Source of the DNA: an uncultured bacterium
GTDB taxonomy: Bacteria; Acidobacteriota; Thermoanaerobaculia; Multivoradales; JAHZIX01
Length of the DNA stretch: 64,000 bases
Direction: 5' to 3'
Assembly: GCA_965368975.1 (NCBI GenBank)
Contig: CBDUPA010000001.1
Span: 800,001 to 864,000, forward strand
Both the position numbers and the translations under genes were made by a program. This document shows positions 47,401-57,591 of this stretch, piece by piece; position 1 is the first letter of the stretch, and every line of letters begins with the position of its first letter. The notes below the pieces were generated by a model that saw only the letters and a program-made list of their open reading frames with translations, made no database searches and was not told the origin of the DNA.

Positions 47401-48798
47401 CTAGGCGGCGGGGGGAATGTCTTCGGCCTGGATCGTCATCAGCAGCTGATCGGTGATCGGCGCGACACCGGCGATACGGTTGGCCTGTCGCTCGACGGTG
47501 CGTTCGAACAGGCTGCGGATGAGGCGCGCGTTGCCGTCGACGAAATCGCGGTTGTCGTGCAGGATCTGGAAGACGAGGTACAACTTGTGGCGCGCTTCGG
47601 GAGTGAGGCGGAAGCCGCTGTTGCTGGCAAAGTTGTCGAAGCCCTGGAGCAGTTCTTCGGGACGCAGGTCGTGGAAGTGGAAGCGGCGGCGGAAGCGGCT
47701 GCGCAGGTCACCGTCTTCTTCGACCAAGTGACGCAGCTGGTCGGGCTCGCCAGCCAGGACGACGACCAACCTGCCCTTGTGCTGGGTCAGCTGTTGCAGG
47801 ATGGCGCTGCACAGGGTGCGGCCGTGGTCGTGGTAGGCGGGAGAGAGTCGATGGGCCTGGTTGACCAGCAGCATGCCGTGCATGGCGCTATCGACGGCCT
47901 GTTGCAGACGGCGACAGCCGTTGTCGGTGCTGCCGGCAATCAACAGGGCCGCGTCGACTTCGACCAGGTGACCGCTCTCCAGGATGCCGAGCTGGCGGTA
48001 GAGCTTGCCCAACAGTTTGCCGACCCGGCTCTTGCCGGTGCCGGAGAGGCCGAAGAAGAGTGCATGCAAAGGGGCCTCGTCTTCGCTCAGCCCCCGTTCG
48101 CTGCGTTCACGGTCGAGGCGCAGCCGGTTGTACAAGCTGCGCACCTGGTCTTTGACGTCGGGCAAGCCGACCAGGGAGCCGAGTTCTTCCAGCAAGTCTT
48201 CCGGCGTCTCGCCGTCGATGCCAGGCAGGTTGGGCAGGCCCTGGGGCGGCAGGGTCGAGGGGCTGTGGATCAGGCTCCAGACTTGGCGCAGGGCCGCGAC
48301 TTCCTCTGGCGTCACGGTGCCGTCCGCCTTCACCAGGTAGGAGGCAAAGCGGTACATGGCACAGGCCAGCCGGTCGAAGGAAGCAGTGCCGCGCTCGTCA
48401 TCGTAACGCTGCACCAGTGCCGGCAGCGTAAGTGTGTCGAGTTCTTCCTTGCGCGCGGCGGAGAAGAAGCGCAGGGCGGCCTCAGTGTCCGTTGTCTGCT
48501 CGCGTGTTGGCTTGCGTTCCCCCTTGGTCCCAGAGGACGGGGGCAGAGCGTCTGCACTGGCGGCCTCGGTGACGGCTTCGTGACCGCGGTGCAAGATGCG
48601 CGAGAAGACGACGGCCGCGAACAGTGACTCCTTGGAGTCGAAGCGGCCGTCGGCGTAGCCGCAGATCAAGCCGATCTTGGCCAGATCGACGATCAGCCGG
48701 ATACGAAATTCGTCGAGGGTGGAGTCGGGTAGCTCGCTCCAGAAGGGCACCGCGTCGCAGATCGCCTGGGCCTGACGCTCGAAGGTTTCAAAGTCCAT
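47401..48798 (-). CDS. CbbX/SpoVK-type AAA+ domain protein with TerB-like N-terminal motifs
   Basis: LVGLPDVKDQV, GLSGTGKS, GHLVEV, LRSRF, GNARLIRSLFE; two ADG....E motifs in the N-terminal part. Confidence 0.75.
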   Translation of the reverse strand: MDFETFERQAQAICDAVPFWSELPDSTLDEFRIRLIVDLAKIGLICGYADGRFDSKESLFAAVVFSRILHRGHEAVTEAASADALPPSSGTKGERKPTREQTTDTEAALRFFSAARKEELDTLTLPALVQRYDDERGTASFDRLACAMYRFASYLVKADGTVTPEEVAALRQVWSLIHSPSTLPPQGLPNLPGIDGETPEDLLEELGSLVGLPDVKDQVRSLYNRLRLDRERSERGLSEDEAPLHALFFGLSGTGKSRVGKLLGKLYRQLGILESGHLVEVDAALLIAGSTDNGCRRLQQAVDSAMHGMLLVNQAHRLSPAYHDHGRTLCSAILQQLTQHKGRLVVVLAGEPDQLRHLVEEDGDLRSRFRRRFHFHDLRPEELLQGFDNFASNSGFRLTPEARHKLYLVFQILHDNRDFVDGNARLIRSLFERTVERQANRIAGVAPITDQLLMTIQAEDIPPAA

Positions 48799-48858
48799 AA
48801 TGGGTCGAATTTTACCACGCGGACGTGCGGCTCGACGGGGCCGGGGCGACGTGTCGTT

Positions 48859-51645
48859 TCACCTTCTGAACAGCAAGTCGCCGGGGCGGATGATGCGGTT
48901 GGGTGACTCGAGGAAGTCTTCAGCTTCGTTGGCGGGCATGGGGCGAGCGAAGTAGAAGCCCTGGGACAGGTCGCAGCCCATGGCGTGGATCTGCGTTAGC
49001 TGCATGGCTTCTTCGATGCCTTCCGCGACCACCTGGATCTTGAGGCTGTGCGCCAGTGTCACGACCGCGCGGATGATCGCCTGGTACTCGACGCGCTCAT
49101 TGAGGTTGCGGATGAAGGCGCGGTCGATCTTGAGTTCGTCGATTGGAAAGCGGTGCAGCGAACTGAGCGACGACAGGCCGGTGCCGAAGTCGTCCATGCT
49201 CAGGCGCACGCCGAGCTCCTTGAGCTTGCGCAGCACTGGAATCATGTCCAGGCGATCGTCGACCACCACGGTTTCGGTGATCTCGAGCTTCAGGCTATCG
49301 GCGGGGAGACGCGACTCCTGCAAGACGTCACGCACCTGGCCGATGAAGTCGGGGTGCGCCAGCTGCCGGCGCGAGACATTGACGTTGATGCTCAGCGGAG
49401 CCTGTCCGTTGAAGCGCTGCTGCCAGTCCTGTAGCTGGCGGCAGGCTTCACCCAAGACCCAGTGTCCTACTGGGTTGATCAGCCCAGTCTCTTCGGCGAT
49501 CGGGATGAAGCGGTCCGGTACGACGGTGCCGCGCTCCGGGTGGCGCCAGCGGAGCAGGGCTTCGAAGCCGATCGGGCCGGCGACCTGCAGTGAGATGATC
49601 GGCTGGTAGACCAGGAAGAGTTCCTGCCGATCGACGGCGCCGCGCAGGTCTTTCTCCAGGTCGAGGCGCAGCACGGCTTCCTCGTGCATCTGGTGGTCGA
49701 ACACGGCGTGGCGGGCGCGGCCAGCGGCCTTGGCGCGGTACATGGCGGTATCGGCGTCGCGCAGCACGTCCTGCGGCCGGTAGTAGCCCTGGTCGGAGGT
49801 GACGACGCCGATGCTGACGGTGAGGGCGACTTCCAGCTCGCCGACCTTGTAAGCCTCGCGCAGGGCGTGCTGCAGCCGCTCGACGGTGCTGGCCAGCTCG
49901 CTGTCGTCGACGTCGTCGAGCAGCACGACGAATTCGTCGCCTCCCAGGCGGGCGGCCAGGTCGCGCTTGCGCAGGTGATGCTGCAGGCGCTCGGCGATCT
50001 GGATCAGCAGGCGGTCACCGATGTCGTGGCCCATGCTGTCGTTGATCACTTTGAAGCGATCGAAGTCGAGGAACAGCACGGCGAAGCGGTAGCTGGCATC
50101 GTTGTGCGCTTGTTCCAGGGCTTCGTCCAGGCGCTCCTGGAAGCGGCGGCGGTTGGGCATGCCGGTCAGCGAGTCTTGCTGGGCTGCGCGCTGAAGGGCT
50201 TCCTCGATCTCCTTGCGGTCGGTGATGTCGGTCAGGGAGCCGAGCACGCGTGTCGGCTTGCCACTGGCGTCGCGCACCGCGGTGCCGCGGCACAGGTACC
50301 AGCGGTAGGTGCCGTCGCGGTGCTGCAGCCGGTGCTCGTTGCGTAGCTGCGGTGTCTTGCCGCTCAAGTGAGCATCGAGGTCGAGCTGCAGGGAACCCAG
50401 GTCGGCGGAGGCGATGAGGCGGAACCAGTCTTCGGGACCCTCGCCAAGGTCTTCTTCGTTGTAGCCGAGCATGGTGGTGAAGGTGGGCGAATAGTAGACG
50501 TGGTCGTGCTGCAGGTCCCAGTCCCAGAAGCCGTCATTGGTGCCATCGGCAAGCAGGGAGAAGCGCTGTTCCCGCGCGCGCAACTCACGTTCGTTTTCGA
50601 CCCGCTCGCTGTTGTCCAGGATCGTGCCGACCAGACGGCGGGCCTTTCCATGCTCATCGCGTACGATCAACGCTCGGTCGTGGACGTAAGCATAGTCGCC
50701 CTGGCGCCGCCGCAGCCGGTATTCTGCGGTCCACGTGTCGCAGTCGCTGCTGAGGGCCTCCTGCATCGATAGCAGCATGTGCTCGCGGTCGTCCGGGTGC
50801 AGGGCCTGCAGCCAGGTCTCGGTCTCGCCAGCAATGCCATCGGCTCCGGCCTTGGCATCTTCGACCTCGTAGAGGTGGGCGAAGTTCCGGTCACGCCAGG
50901 TGAGGTCGGTGGTCAGGTCCCAGTCGTAGACGCTGTCGCCGGTCGCCTGCTGCAGCAGGCGGAAGCGCTCTGCCAACTGTCGATCCAGGAGTTGCTGAGC
51001 CTCGGGGTCGTCGGCGGAGCTGGCTGCAGCGGCGGCACGGCTGCGTTGCGCTTGCTCGAGGGCCGCGATTTCTTCACGCAGCGGTCCGCCGACGGCGTGG
51101 TCGGCGGCTTCCAGTTCGAGCCCGAGCCACCGGGCTAGGCTGCGTACCAGGTCGAGCTCCCAGGCGGTGAAGGGAATCAGGCGCGGGTCTGGGCTGGCGA
51201 AGCAGAGGGTGCCGACGGGGCGGCCGTTGAAGCACAGGGGAGCGCCAATGTAGGCTTCGAAACGAAGCTCGCCATAGGCTGGGTGGTTGCCCCACTCGGA
51301 GCCAGAGGCGCGTCCGAAGCTGACCATGCGTCGCTGGCGCACGACCTCGTTGCAGAAGGTGCACGGCAGTAGCAGGGTTTCCCCTTCTTGCACCGGGACC
51401 GTGGCGTCCTCTTCCAGGCACATCTGGAAGAGCTCGTACTGCTGCCCTTGGATGTACGACACGATGCCGATAGGCAAACCGAGCTTGCCCGTCACCAGAG
51501 TCAGGGCGCGCCGAAAGGCATCGACGCAGGCGGGAAACAACGCCCGCACTTCTGGGAGCTTTTCGGGTCCGGAAGGAGGGTCGCTGGACACGGTTGCTTT
51601 TCTGCCTAGGTCGAACGCTGCCAGGTCGAGCGTCGGCCCCGGCAC
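48859..51645 (-). CDS. GAF-PAS-PAS-GGDEF-EAL c-di-GMP signalling protein
   Basis: GAF (YIGAPL, GTLCF), two PAS/PAC domains, RxxD I-site plus GGDEF, FEALLRW, LEITE, DDFGTG; start uncertain. Confidence 0.93.
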   Translation of the reverse strand: MPGPTLDLAAFDLGRKATVSSDPPSGPEKLPEVRALFPACVDAFRRALTLVTGKLGLPIGIVSYIQGQQYELFQMCLEEDATVPVQEGETLLLPCTFCNEVVRQRRMVSFGRASGSEWGNHPAYGELRFEAYIGAPLCFNGRPVGTLCFASPDPRLIPFTAWELDLVRSLARWLGLELEAADHAVGGPLREEIAALEQAQRSRAAAAASSADDPEAQQLLDRQLAERFRLLQQATGDSVYDWDLTTDLTWRDRNFAHLYEVEDAKAGADGIAGETETWLQALHPDDREHMLLSMQEALSSDCDTWTAEYRLRRRQGDYAYVHDRALIVRDEHGKARRLVGTILDNSERVENERELRAREQRFSLLADGTNDGFWDWDLQHDHVYYSPTFTTMLGYNEEDLGEGPEDWFRLIASADLGSLQLDLDAHLSGKTPQLRNEHRLQHRDGTYRWYLCRGTAVRDASGKPTRVLGSLTDITDRKEIEEALQRAAQQDSLTGMPNRRRFQERLDEALEQAHNDASYRFAVLFLDFDRFKVINDSMGHDIGDRLLIQIAERLQHHLRKRDLAARLGGDEFVVLLDDVDDSELASTVERLQHALREAYKVGELEVALTVSIGVVTSDQGYYRPQDVLRDADTAMYRAKAAGRARHAVFDHQMHEEAVLRLDLEKDLRGAVDRQELFLVYQPIISLQVAGPIGFEALLRWRHPERGTVVPDRFIPIAEETGLINPVGHWVLGEACRQLQDWQQRFNGQAPLSINVNVSRRQLAHPDFIGQVRDVLQESRLPADSLKLEITETVVVDDRLDMIPVLRKLKELGVRLSMDDFGTGLSSLSSLHRFPIDELKIDRAFIRNLNERVEYQAIIRAVVTLAHSLKIQVVAEGIEEAMQLTQIHAMGCDLSQGFYFARPMPANEAEDFLESPNRIIRPGDLLFRR

Positions 51646-51834
51646 TGGGAGGTTATTTCGCCAATTGACCTGCTAAGCGTACCATACAGCCCGCACTTGT
51701 CTGCATAGCGAGTGGCGCGGTGCGCTCACTGGTGGGCACCGGTTGTGTGCAGGGTGGTTCGGTGGTCACGAAAAAGCGCCGGAAACCTCGAGGTCATCCG
51801 GCGCCTGGTGGCGGGCTTGGTCGGCGCCTTCGGC

Positions 51835-54324
51835 TCAGCCGGCGCGACCGAATCGCTGCAGCACTTGCAGCGCCAACTCGTTGCCCGGTTGTAGGTCGAT
51901 GACCTGACGGCATAGTGCGACTGCTTCGCGCACCTGGTTGCGCTGCAAGTAAAGGCGGGCCAGGTTGAGCCGCGGGTTGATGGCGCGACCGTCACTGTCG
52001 ACGGCACGCTGCAACAGGCGGATGGCTTCGTCGGTCTGGCCTTGTTGCAGGCGGTTGACTGCCAGGTTGCCGAGGGCACGGCTATTGCGCGCGTCGAGGT
52101 CGAGCACCCGCTGCAGGTAGTGGTTGGAAGTCTCGAGATCGCCGCGTGCGCCGTACAGTGTCGCCAGGTTGTTGAGCGCCGGCAGGAAGGTCGGGTCGAC
52201 TTCGAGGGCCTGTTGCAGCGCCGCGACGGCGAGCGCGAAGCGATTCTGCTCACGGTAGAGGTTGGATAGCGCCAGGTGGATGTCGGGCACGTCCGGGCGC
52301 TCGTTCCGCAGCCCCTGCAGGTAGGATTCGGCCTGCTGCGGCTGACCCGCCTTGGTGAACAGGTTGGCGTGGCGCAGGCGCTCACCGGTGGAGATGCCTT
52401 GCACGCCTTCGAGGCGGTAGCGGGCCAGCGTCGTCCGGGCATCCTCGGTGCGTTCGGCTTCTAGCTGCAGGTGCACCAAGTCGGACAAGCTGTTGACGCA
52501 TTTCTCGGCCTGCGGTGCGGCGTCGCTACTGCTTTCCTGGCAGGTGTCGAGCAGGCGATTGTAGAGACGCGCGGCGCCGTCGACGTCGCCGTCCTGGCGC
52601 AGACGGTACGCTTGCAGGTAGTCGTGGCGCCAGGCCTCGCTGGGCCAGTAGCGGCCGAGCTCGCTGAGCAGCTGCAGGGCTCGATCCCAGTCGCCCAACT
52701 CGCGGTTGACGGCCGAGGCGAAGCGCAGGACGGCCGTGTTGTGCGGGTCTTCCTCCAGGATGCGGTCGAGAATGCGGCGGGCGCTACGCAGGTTGCCCTT
52801 GGCCTGAGCTGCCCAGGCGCGGGCCAGGTCTTCTTCCAGGTGAATGCGGTCCTTGGGATCTGGTAAAGCCTGCAACTCGTCTTCGGTGTCGGCGGGCATC
52901 GGATGCGTGCCACCGCCCAGGTAACCGAGGCTGGCCAGGGCGTCGCGCTCTTCGGTGCTACTGGATGTCTGAGTGCCGGTGGCTGCCGTGCGGGCACTCT
53001 GCTCGATCAGACGCAGCAGCGTGTCGCGTAGGTGCGCGGCGCGCTCGGGCTCGCGCTCGACCAGGTTCTGGCGCTCGTTCGGGTCGGCATCCAGATTGTA
53101 GAGTTCGGGCTTGGGTGCGAGGACGTACTTCCAGCCGTCGAGTTCGAGGCTGCGTAGGTAGCCCCAGCCGAAGTCATAGTAGGGCAGGAAGGTCTCGGAG
53201 TAGGCGGCTCGACGACTGGCGCGCTGGTGTTGCCACAACGGCCGCAGGTCGTCCCCCTGGACAGCGGCTGGGACCGGCAGACCGAGGACGCCGAGGGCGG
53301 TCGGCATCAGGTCGATGCCGCGGACACGCTGTTCGAAGCTGCGACCGCCGGCGGTGCCGGGCACGCGCACCAGCGTCGCGACGCGGGTGGTGGCGTCGTA
53401 GATGAAGTGACCGTGGGTGATCTCGCCGTGCTCCCCGAGGCTCTCGCCGTGATCGGCCGTCAGCACGACAGCGGTGTCCCCCCACTGGCCGCGTGCCTTC
53501 AAGTAGTCGACGACGCGGCCGATCTGCTCATCGACGAAGGCGACCTCGGCTGCGTAGGGATCGCGCGGATAGCGCTGGGTGAAGCGCTCGGGAGCCGCGT
53601 AGTCGGCGTGCGGGTCGAAGTAATGCAGCCACAGGAACCAGGGTTGCTGCGGCGTGAACTGCTGCAGCTGGTGCAGAGCCCGGTCGCTCACCTGGTCGGC
53701 GGTGATCTCCGGATAGAAGGCTTCCAGCCCCTCGCTGTCTCCATACAGGCTGCCGGGCAGGACGTCGAGGTAGTTGTCGAAACCCTGGTGTAGACCGTAG
53801 CGTGAGCTGACCACGTAAGCGCCTGTGACGGCGGTGGTCTGGTAGCCGCGACCCTGCAGAACTTCGGCCAGGGTCTCGTGTTCGTCGGTGAGCACGAAGG
53901 TGCCATTGTGGTGCACTCCGTGGTGGGTGGGACGGACGCCGGTGAACAGCGAAGCGTGGGACACCAGGGTGACCGGCGCTGCGGCGCGCGTGTTGCTGAA
54001 CAGCAGGCCTTCGCGCGCCAGGGCGTCGAGGTTGGGTGTTGCGACCTTGTCGGTGCCCGCGGCGCCGAGGTAGTCCCAGCGCCAGGTGTCGATGGTGATG
54101 AACAGCAAGTTGAGCGGGTCGTCGGGGGGCTTCGGCGTCTTGGGCAGGCTGGCGGCGAAGGCCGGCGCGGTGGCCAGGCTCAGGATGGCGACAGTGGCCA
54201 GGGTCAGTGCGGTGCGGGCGAGCGACGTCCAGCGCGGCCTCGCACGGGCGGAGCCGGCCAGGGCGGGCGATGCAAGGGAGGAAGAATCAGGGCGTTGAGG
54301 AGTCGAGTGCGGAAGGAGCGGCAT
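51835..54324 (-). CDS. Sulfatase-like hydrolase/transferase with C-terminal TPR repeats
   Basis: IDTWRWDYL, PVTLVSHASLFTG, HYFDPH, ADHGE, LASLGYL, TPRs; start uncertain (ORF open to 54399). Confidence 0.87.
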   Translation of the reverse strand: MPLLPHSTPQRPDSSSLASPALAGSARARPRWTSLARTALTLATVAILSLATAPAFAASLPKTPKPPDDPLNLLFITIDTWRWDYLGAAGTDKVATPNLDALAREGLLFSNTRAAAPVTLVSHASLFTGVRPTHHGVHHNGTFVLTDEHETLAEVLQGRGYQTTAVTGAYVVSSRYGLHQGFDNYLDVLPGSLYGDSEGLEAFYPEITADQVSDRALHQLQQFTPQQPWFLWLHYFDPHADYAAPERFTQRYPRDPYAAEVAFVDEQIGRVVDYLKARGQWGDTAVVLTADHGESLGEHGEITHGHFIYDATTRVATLVRVPGTAGGRSFEQRVRGIDLMPTALGVLGLPVPAAVQGDDLRPLWQHQRASRRAAYSETFLPYYDFGWGYLRSLELDGWKYVLAPKPELYNLDADPNERQNLVEREPERAAHLRDTLLRLIEQSARTAATGTQTSSSTEERDALASLGYLGGGTHPMPADTEDELQALPDPKDRIHLEEDLARAWAAQAKGNLRSARRILDRILEEDPHNTAVLRFASAVNRELGDWDRALQLLSELGRYWPSEAWRHDYLQAYRLRQDGDVDGAARLYNRLLDTCQESSSDAAPQAEKCVNSLSDLVHLQLEAERTEDARTTLARYRLEGVQGISTGERLRHANLFTKAGQPQQAESYLQGLRNERPDVPDIHLALSNLYREQNRFALAVAALQQALEVDPTFLPALNNLATLYGARGDLETSNHYLQRVLDLDARNSRALGNLAVNRLQQGQTDEAIRLLQRAVDSDGRAINPRLNLARLYLQRNQVREAVALCRQVIDLQPGNELALQVLQRFGRAG

Positions 54325-54581
54325 TTGATCGATCACGGTCGTGACCTCCAGGTTCTGGATATACGAATCCCCGGCTTCCACACGCTCGGAAGCGTCCAAG
54401 TGAGTCGTTCTGGGGATCGAGCGCGAACGGCCGGGGAGCGCGTTCGTCGGTGCCGGGCGGACAGGACATCCGTCCCGATCTCATGCTGGAATATACGCCT
54501 CCGGGGCGGCGAATGTTTCCTGCAAACCGAGGCTGTTGCAGATTTGTCGAGCTTTTGGGTGCGCTGGAGGACGGCAGGGAT

Positions 54582-55055
54582 TCAGGCAGGGCTCATGTGG
54601 TGCGGCAGAGCTCGTGCTGTGAGGATTCGCTTGAGGGCGGGCAGGACGGGGACGTCCGGATCGGCCCAATCGAGACCATCGAGTTCGGCCGCGCGGAACC
54701 AGCCGTGGCGGTGGTGCTCTTGTAGCAAGAGGTCGCCGCCGCGCGGCGCTGCCAGGAAGACGTCGAGCACAACCGAGCGGCTGCCCGGCCGGCCAGCGCT
54801 GCCGCGGCCGATCCAGGCGTCGATGGCGATGTCCAGCGCCAGCTCTTCGTAGATCTCCCGCACCAGGGCTTGGCGCGGTGATTCACCCGGTTCTACCTTG
54901 CCACCTGGGAATTCCCACTTCAGCGGCGTGCTCATCTCGGCACTGCGCTGCACGACCAGGCAGGTGTCCTGGTGCAGGATGGCAGCGCCGACCACGTGCA
55001 GGCTTCTTGCCGGTGGCGGCGGTGGATCCGGGGCAGGGGGGAAGTGGCGGGGCAT
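54582..55055 (-). CDS. NUDIX hydrolase, MutT/NudG-like
   Basis: KWEFPGGKVEPGESPRQALVREIYEEL Nudix box. Confidence 0.9.
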   Translation of the reverse strand: MPRHFPPAPDPPPPPARSLHVVGAAILHQDTCLVVQRSAEMSTPLKWEFPGGKVEPGESPRQALVREIYEELALDIAIDAWIGRGSAGRPGSRSVVLDVFLAAPRGGDLLLQEHHRHGWFRAAELDGLDWADPDVPVLPALKRILTARALPHHMSPA

Positions 55056-55177
55056 CCGCGCGATTGTCCCGCGTCTGGCGCCGGAGGGCAAGGACGGTGT
55101 CGATGATCTTGGGTGGAATGGGCCCGGCGGGGTAGGATGCGAGGAGATCAAGCGACATCCCTGGAAGGAGGCTGCAG

Positions 55178-55579
55178 ATGCAGGGAGCTGGAGGAACCGA
55201 AGGAGGTTTGGGGCGATTCATCTTCGGCCTGGTGCTGTTCGCAACCGGTGGCTATCTGTTGCTCGATTCGATCCGCGTCCACAGCGGCTTCGGTTTCGGG
55301 CACGGTCTCTACAGCTTCGGTGGTGTCTCGCTGACCACAGGCATTCTGCTGATCCCGTTCATCCTCGGGATCGTGTTGGTCTTCTACCGGGCGAAGAATC
55401 CCGTCGGCTGGATTCTGGCGGCTGGCGCACTGGCTGCCCTGGTATTTGGCGTGCTGCGCAACCTGCGCTTCGTCATGGTGCCGATGACCGTGTTCGAGCT
55501 GATCCTGATCCTGGTGCTGTGCTTCGGGGGCCTCGGGCTGTTCCTCAGCTCGCTACGACCGTCCGAGTCGAAGTTCTGA
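55178..55579 (+). CDS. Small membrane protein of unknown function
   Basis: GGAGG RBS; 4 hydrophobic helices; Gly-rich N-terminus GAGGTEGGLGRF. Confidence 0.75.
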   Translation: MQGAGGTEGGLGRFIFGLVLFATGGYLLLDSIRVHSGFGFGHGLYSFGGVSLTTGILLIPFILGIVLVFYRAKNPVGWILAAGALAALVFGVLRNLRFVMVPMTVFELILILVLCFGGLGLFLSSLRPSESKF

Positions 55580-55585
55580 ACCCAA

Positions 55586-55618
55586 GACTCCCCGGTGGAC
55601 AACGCAACCGGGGAGTCG
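55586..55618. terminator. Hairpin between convergent genes
   Basis: GACTCCCCGGT ... ACCGGGGAGTC inverted repeat 6 nt after the upstream stop codon. Confidence 0.55.
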
Positions 55619-55637
55619 GAGTCTAGCGACCCAGGGA

Positions 55638-57029
55638 TCAGAAGAGCGCTTTGCCTGGCCTGGGCGGCTTCGGTGGCTTGGGCGGCTTGCCGGGCGGCTC
55701 GGGCGGTTTGCCGGGCGGCTTGGGTGGCTTGCCTGTCGGCTTGCCGTGCGGATGGTCCAGGCGGCCGGGCTTCTCGGGCTTGCCCTGAGGGCCACCCTGC
55801 GGATGCCGGTTGCCGCGCAACCAGTGCAGAATCGGCGCTTCCAGGTCGGCACGGTGAGATGCGGTGAACCAGTTGTCGGCGTGCCCGTACTCGGTGAAGC
55901 TACGGATCGTGATGTCCTCGCTGCCGGTGAACAGGCTGGCCAGATCGGCCATCACGGGGCCGAAGCCGTGACCGGCGGCGAGGAGGTAGACAGGGCCCTC
56001 GAAGTCTCCGAGATCGTCGACGAAGCTCTCGTCCCCGGCCAGCGCGCAGGAGATGTCCGCCAGCACTCGCAGCGGCACCTCGTCGAGCAGGATCGAGGTG
56101 AACTCGAATACCCGTCGCTCGAAGGCGTACGCGAAGCGGTCGGTCTCGAAGTCGCCGCGCAGGCGCACGAACGTCTCAGTTGGGAAGTTCGGGCCGTCGC
56201 CGGGTAGCGACAGGGCGGCGACGAAGACCTGGTGATTGGTGGTGCCCGGCGGGAAACCTTCGAGTGGAGTCTCTCCGTTCGGGTCGGTCTCAGCCGCGTC
56301 GGCGATCAACTTGACCGCCGGGAAGGTGGTGGTGTCGTAGACGCTGCCCGCGGAGAGGGTCGCCTGCAAGTCGGCGCAGTAGGCTTCGTTGCGCTCACGG
56401 ACGGCATCGTCTGCGCTGTACAGGCTGCCTTCCAGCAGCAGGGCGCCACCCCAGTCACTGGGAGCGCTGTCGACGACTGCCGCGGCAGCCATGGCGCCGA
56501 GCGAATAGCCACCGATGATCGGCAAGACCTCCTCGTCGTCTTCGTCCTCGGTGGCGTACGCGTCGCGGATCTGTTCGCGGATCTGTGCCACGTCATCGAC
56601 GATGTCGGCGATGCCCCAGCCGTCGGCGTCGCCGGTGCGTGGGGAGTAGCCCCAGACGTCATAGCCGCGGTGTGCGAGGTACGCGCCGAACGAGCGGTTG
56701 AAGCCGCCGCGCTCGTCAGTGAGGAAGAAGTCGAAGCCGTTGGCGAGAGGGGGAAGTAGCAGCACGACGCCCTTGACCTTGTGTCCGTCGTCGTCCTCTT
56801 CCTCGCCGTCGTCCTCGACTTTGAGCAAGCGGTGCATCTGAAAGCTACCGCCGCCGTTGGCGGACAGAGTGGTGGTCGCCAATTCGAGATTGGCGACTTC
56901 CAGGGTACCTTCCCCATCGTCAGCCGCGAGGTGGCTGGCCGGGACGCAGGCGAGGAGGAGAAGTACGGCCAAGCAGTGGAGCTCTCGTGCCAGGGTGGGG
57001 AACCGTCGGAGTTGGGGTGCTGTATACAT
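55638..57029 (-). CDS. Secreted alpha/beta hydrolase with Pro/Lys-rich tail
   Basis: Signal peptide, GYDVWG, GGYSLG nucleophile elbow, YGHAD histidine; AGGAGG RBS; C-terminal GKPPKPP-type repeats. Confidence 0.82.
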   Translation of the reverse strand: MYTAPQLRRFPTLARELHCLAVLLLLACVPASHLAADDGEGTLEVANLELATTTLSANGGGSFQMHRLLKVEDDGEEEDDDGHKVKGVVLLLPPLANGFDFFLTDERGGFNRSFGAYLAHRGYDVWGYSPRTGDADGWGIADIVDDVAQIREQIRDAYATEDEDDEEVLPIIGGYSLGAMAAAAVVDSAPSDWGGALLLEGSLYSADDAVRERNEAYCADLQATLSAGSVYDTTTFPAVKLIADAAETDPNGETPLEGFPPGTTNHQVFVAALSLPGDGPNFPTETFVRLRGDFETDRFAYAFERRVFEFTSILLDEVPLRVLADISCALAGDESFVDDLGDFEGPVYLLAAGHGFGPVMADLASLFTGSEDITIRSFTEYGHADNWFTASHRADLEAPILHWLRGNRHPQGGPQGKPEKPGRLDHPHGKPTGKPPKPPGKPPEPPGKPPKPPKPPRPGKALF

Positions 57030-57222
57030 GGGAAACCTCCTGTTTCCAGGGATCGAACTCAAGGAGTCCGGATCTCGAAGTTTCCGGGAGGGGTGGAGAC
57101 GATGGGGAACCGAAGCGAATCGAGATTAATTCAAGAAATAGAAAAATGTCTCTTCGGGAAAGAGTATAGGCCTCGCCGTTCGGGCTTGCAACCCTCGACG
57201 GGTTTGCAGGTAGCATGGCGGG

Positions 57223-57591
57223 ATGAAGATCTCGATCAAGCGCATCTACGAGGAGCCCGCGCCGGCCGATGGCGTCCGTGTGTTGGTCGACCGTCTGTGG
57301 CCACGGGGGGTGAGCAAGGAGCGGGCGCAGTTGGCGCGCTGGCTCAAGGAGATCGCACCCAGTACTGAGCTGCGTCGCTGGGTGCATGCCCATCTGGATG
57401 ACTGGGACGAGTTCCACCGCCGCTACCTGGCCGAGCTCGAGGCTCAGCCCGAGGTGCTGGCTGAGCTACGGGAACTCGCACGAGAGGGCGAAGTGTTGAC
57501 CCTGCTGTATTCGGTCAAAGATCCGGAGCGCAACCACGCACGCATCCTGCAGCAGGTTCTGGCAGCCGATCCGGGTAGCGAACGAGCATGA
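57223..57591 (+). CDS. DUF488 (YeaO-like) family protein
   Basis: [40 protein letters not shown]. Confidence 0.9.
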   Translation: MKISIKRIYEEPAPADGVRVLVDRLWPRGVSKERAQLARWLKEIAPSTELRRWVHAHLDDWDEFHRRYLAELEAQPEVLAELRELAREGEVLTLLYSVKDPERNHARILQQVLAADPGSERA

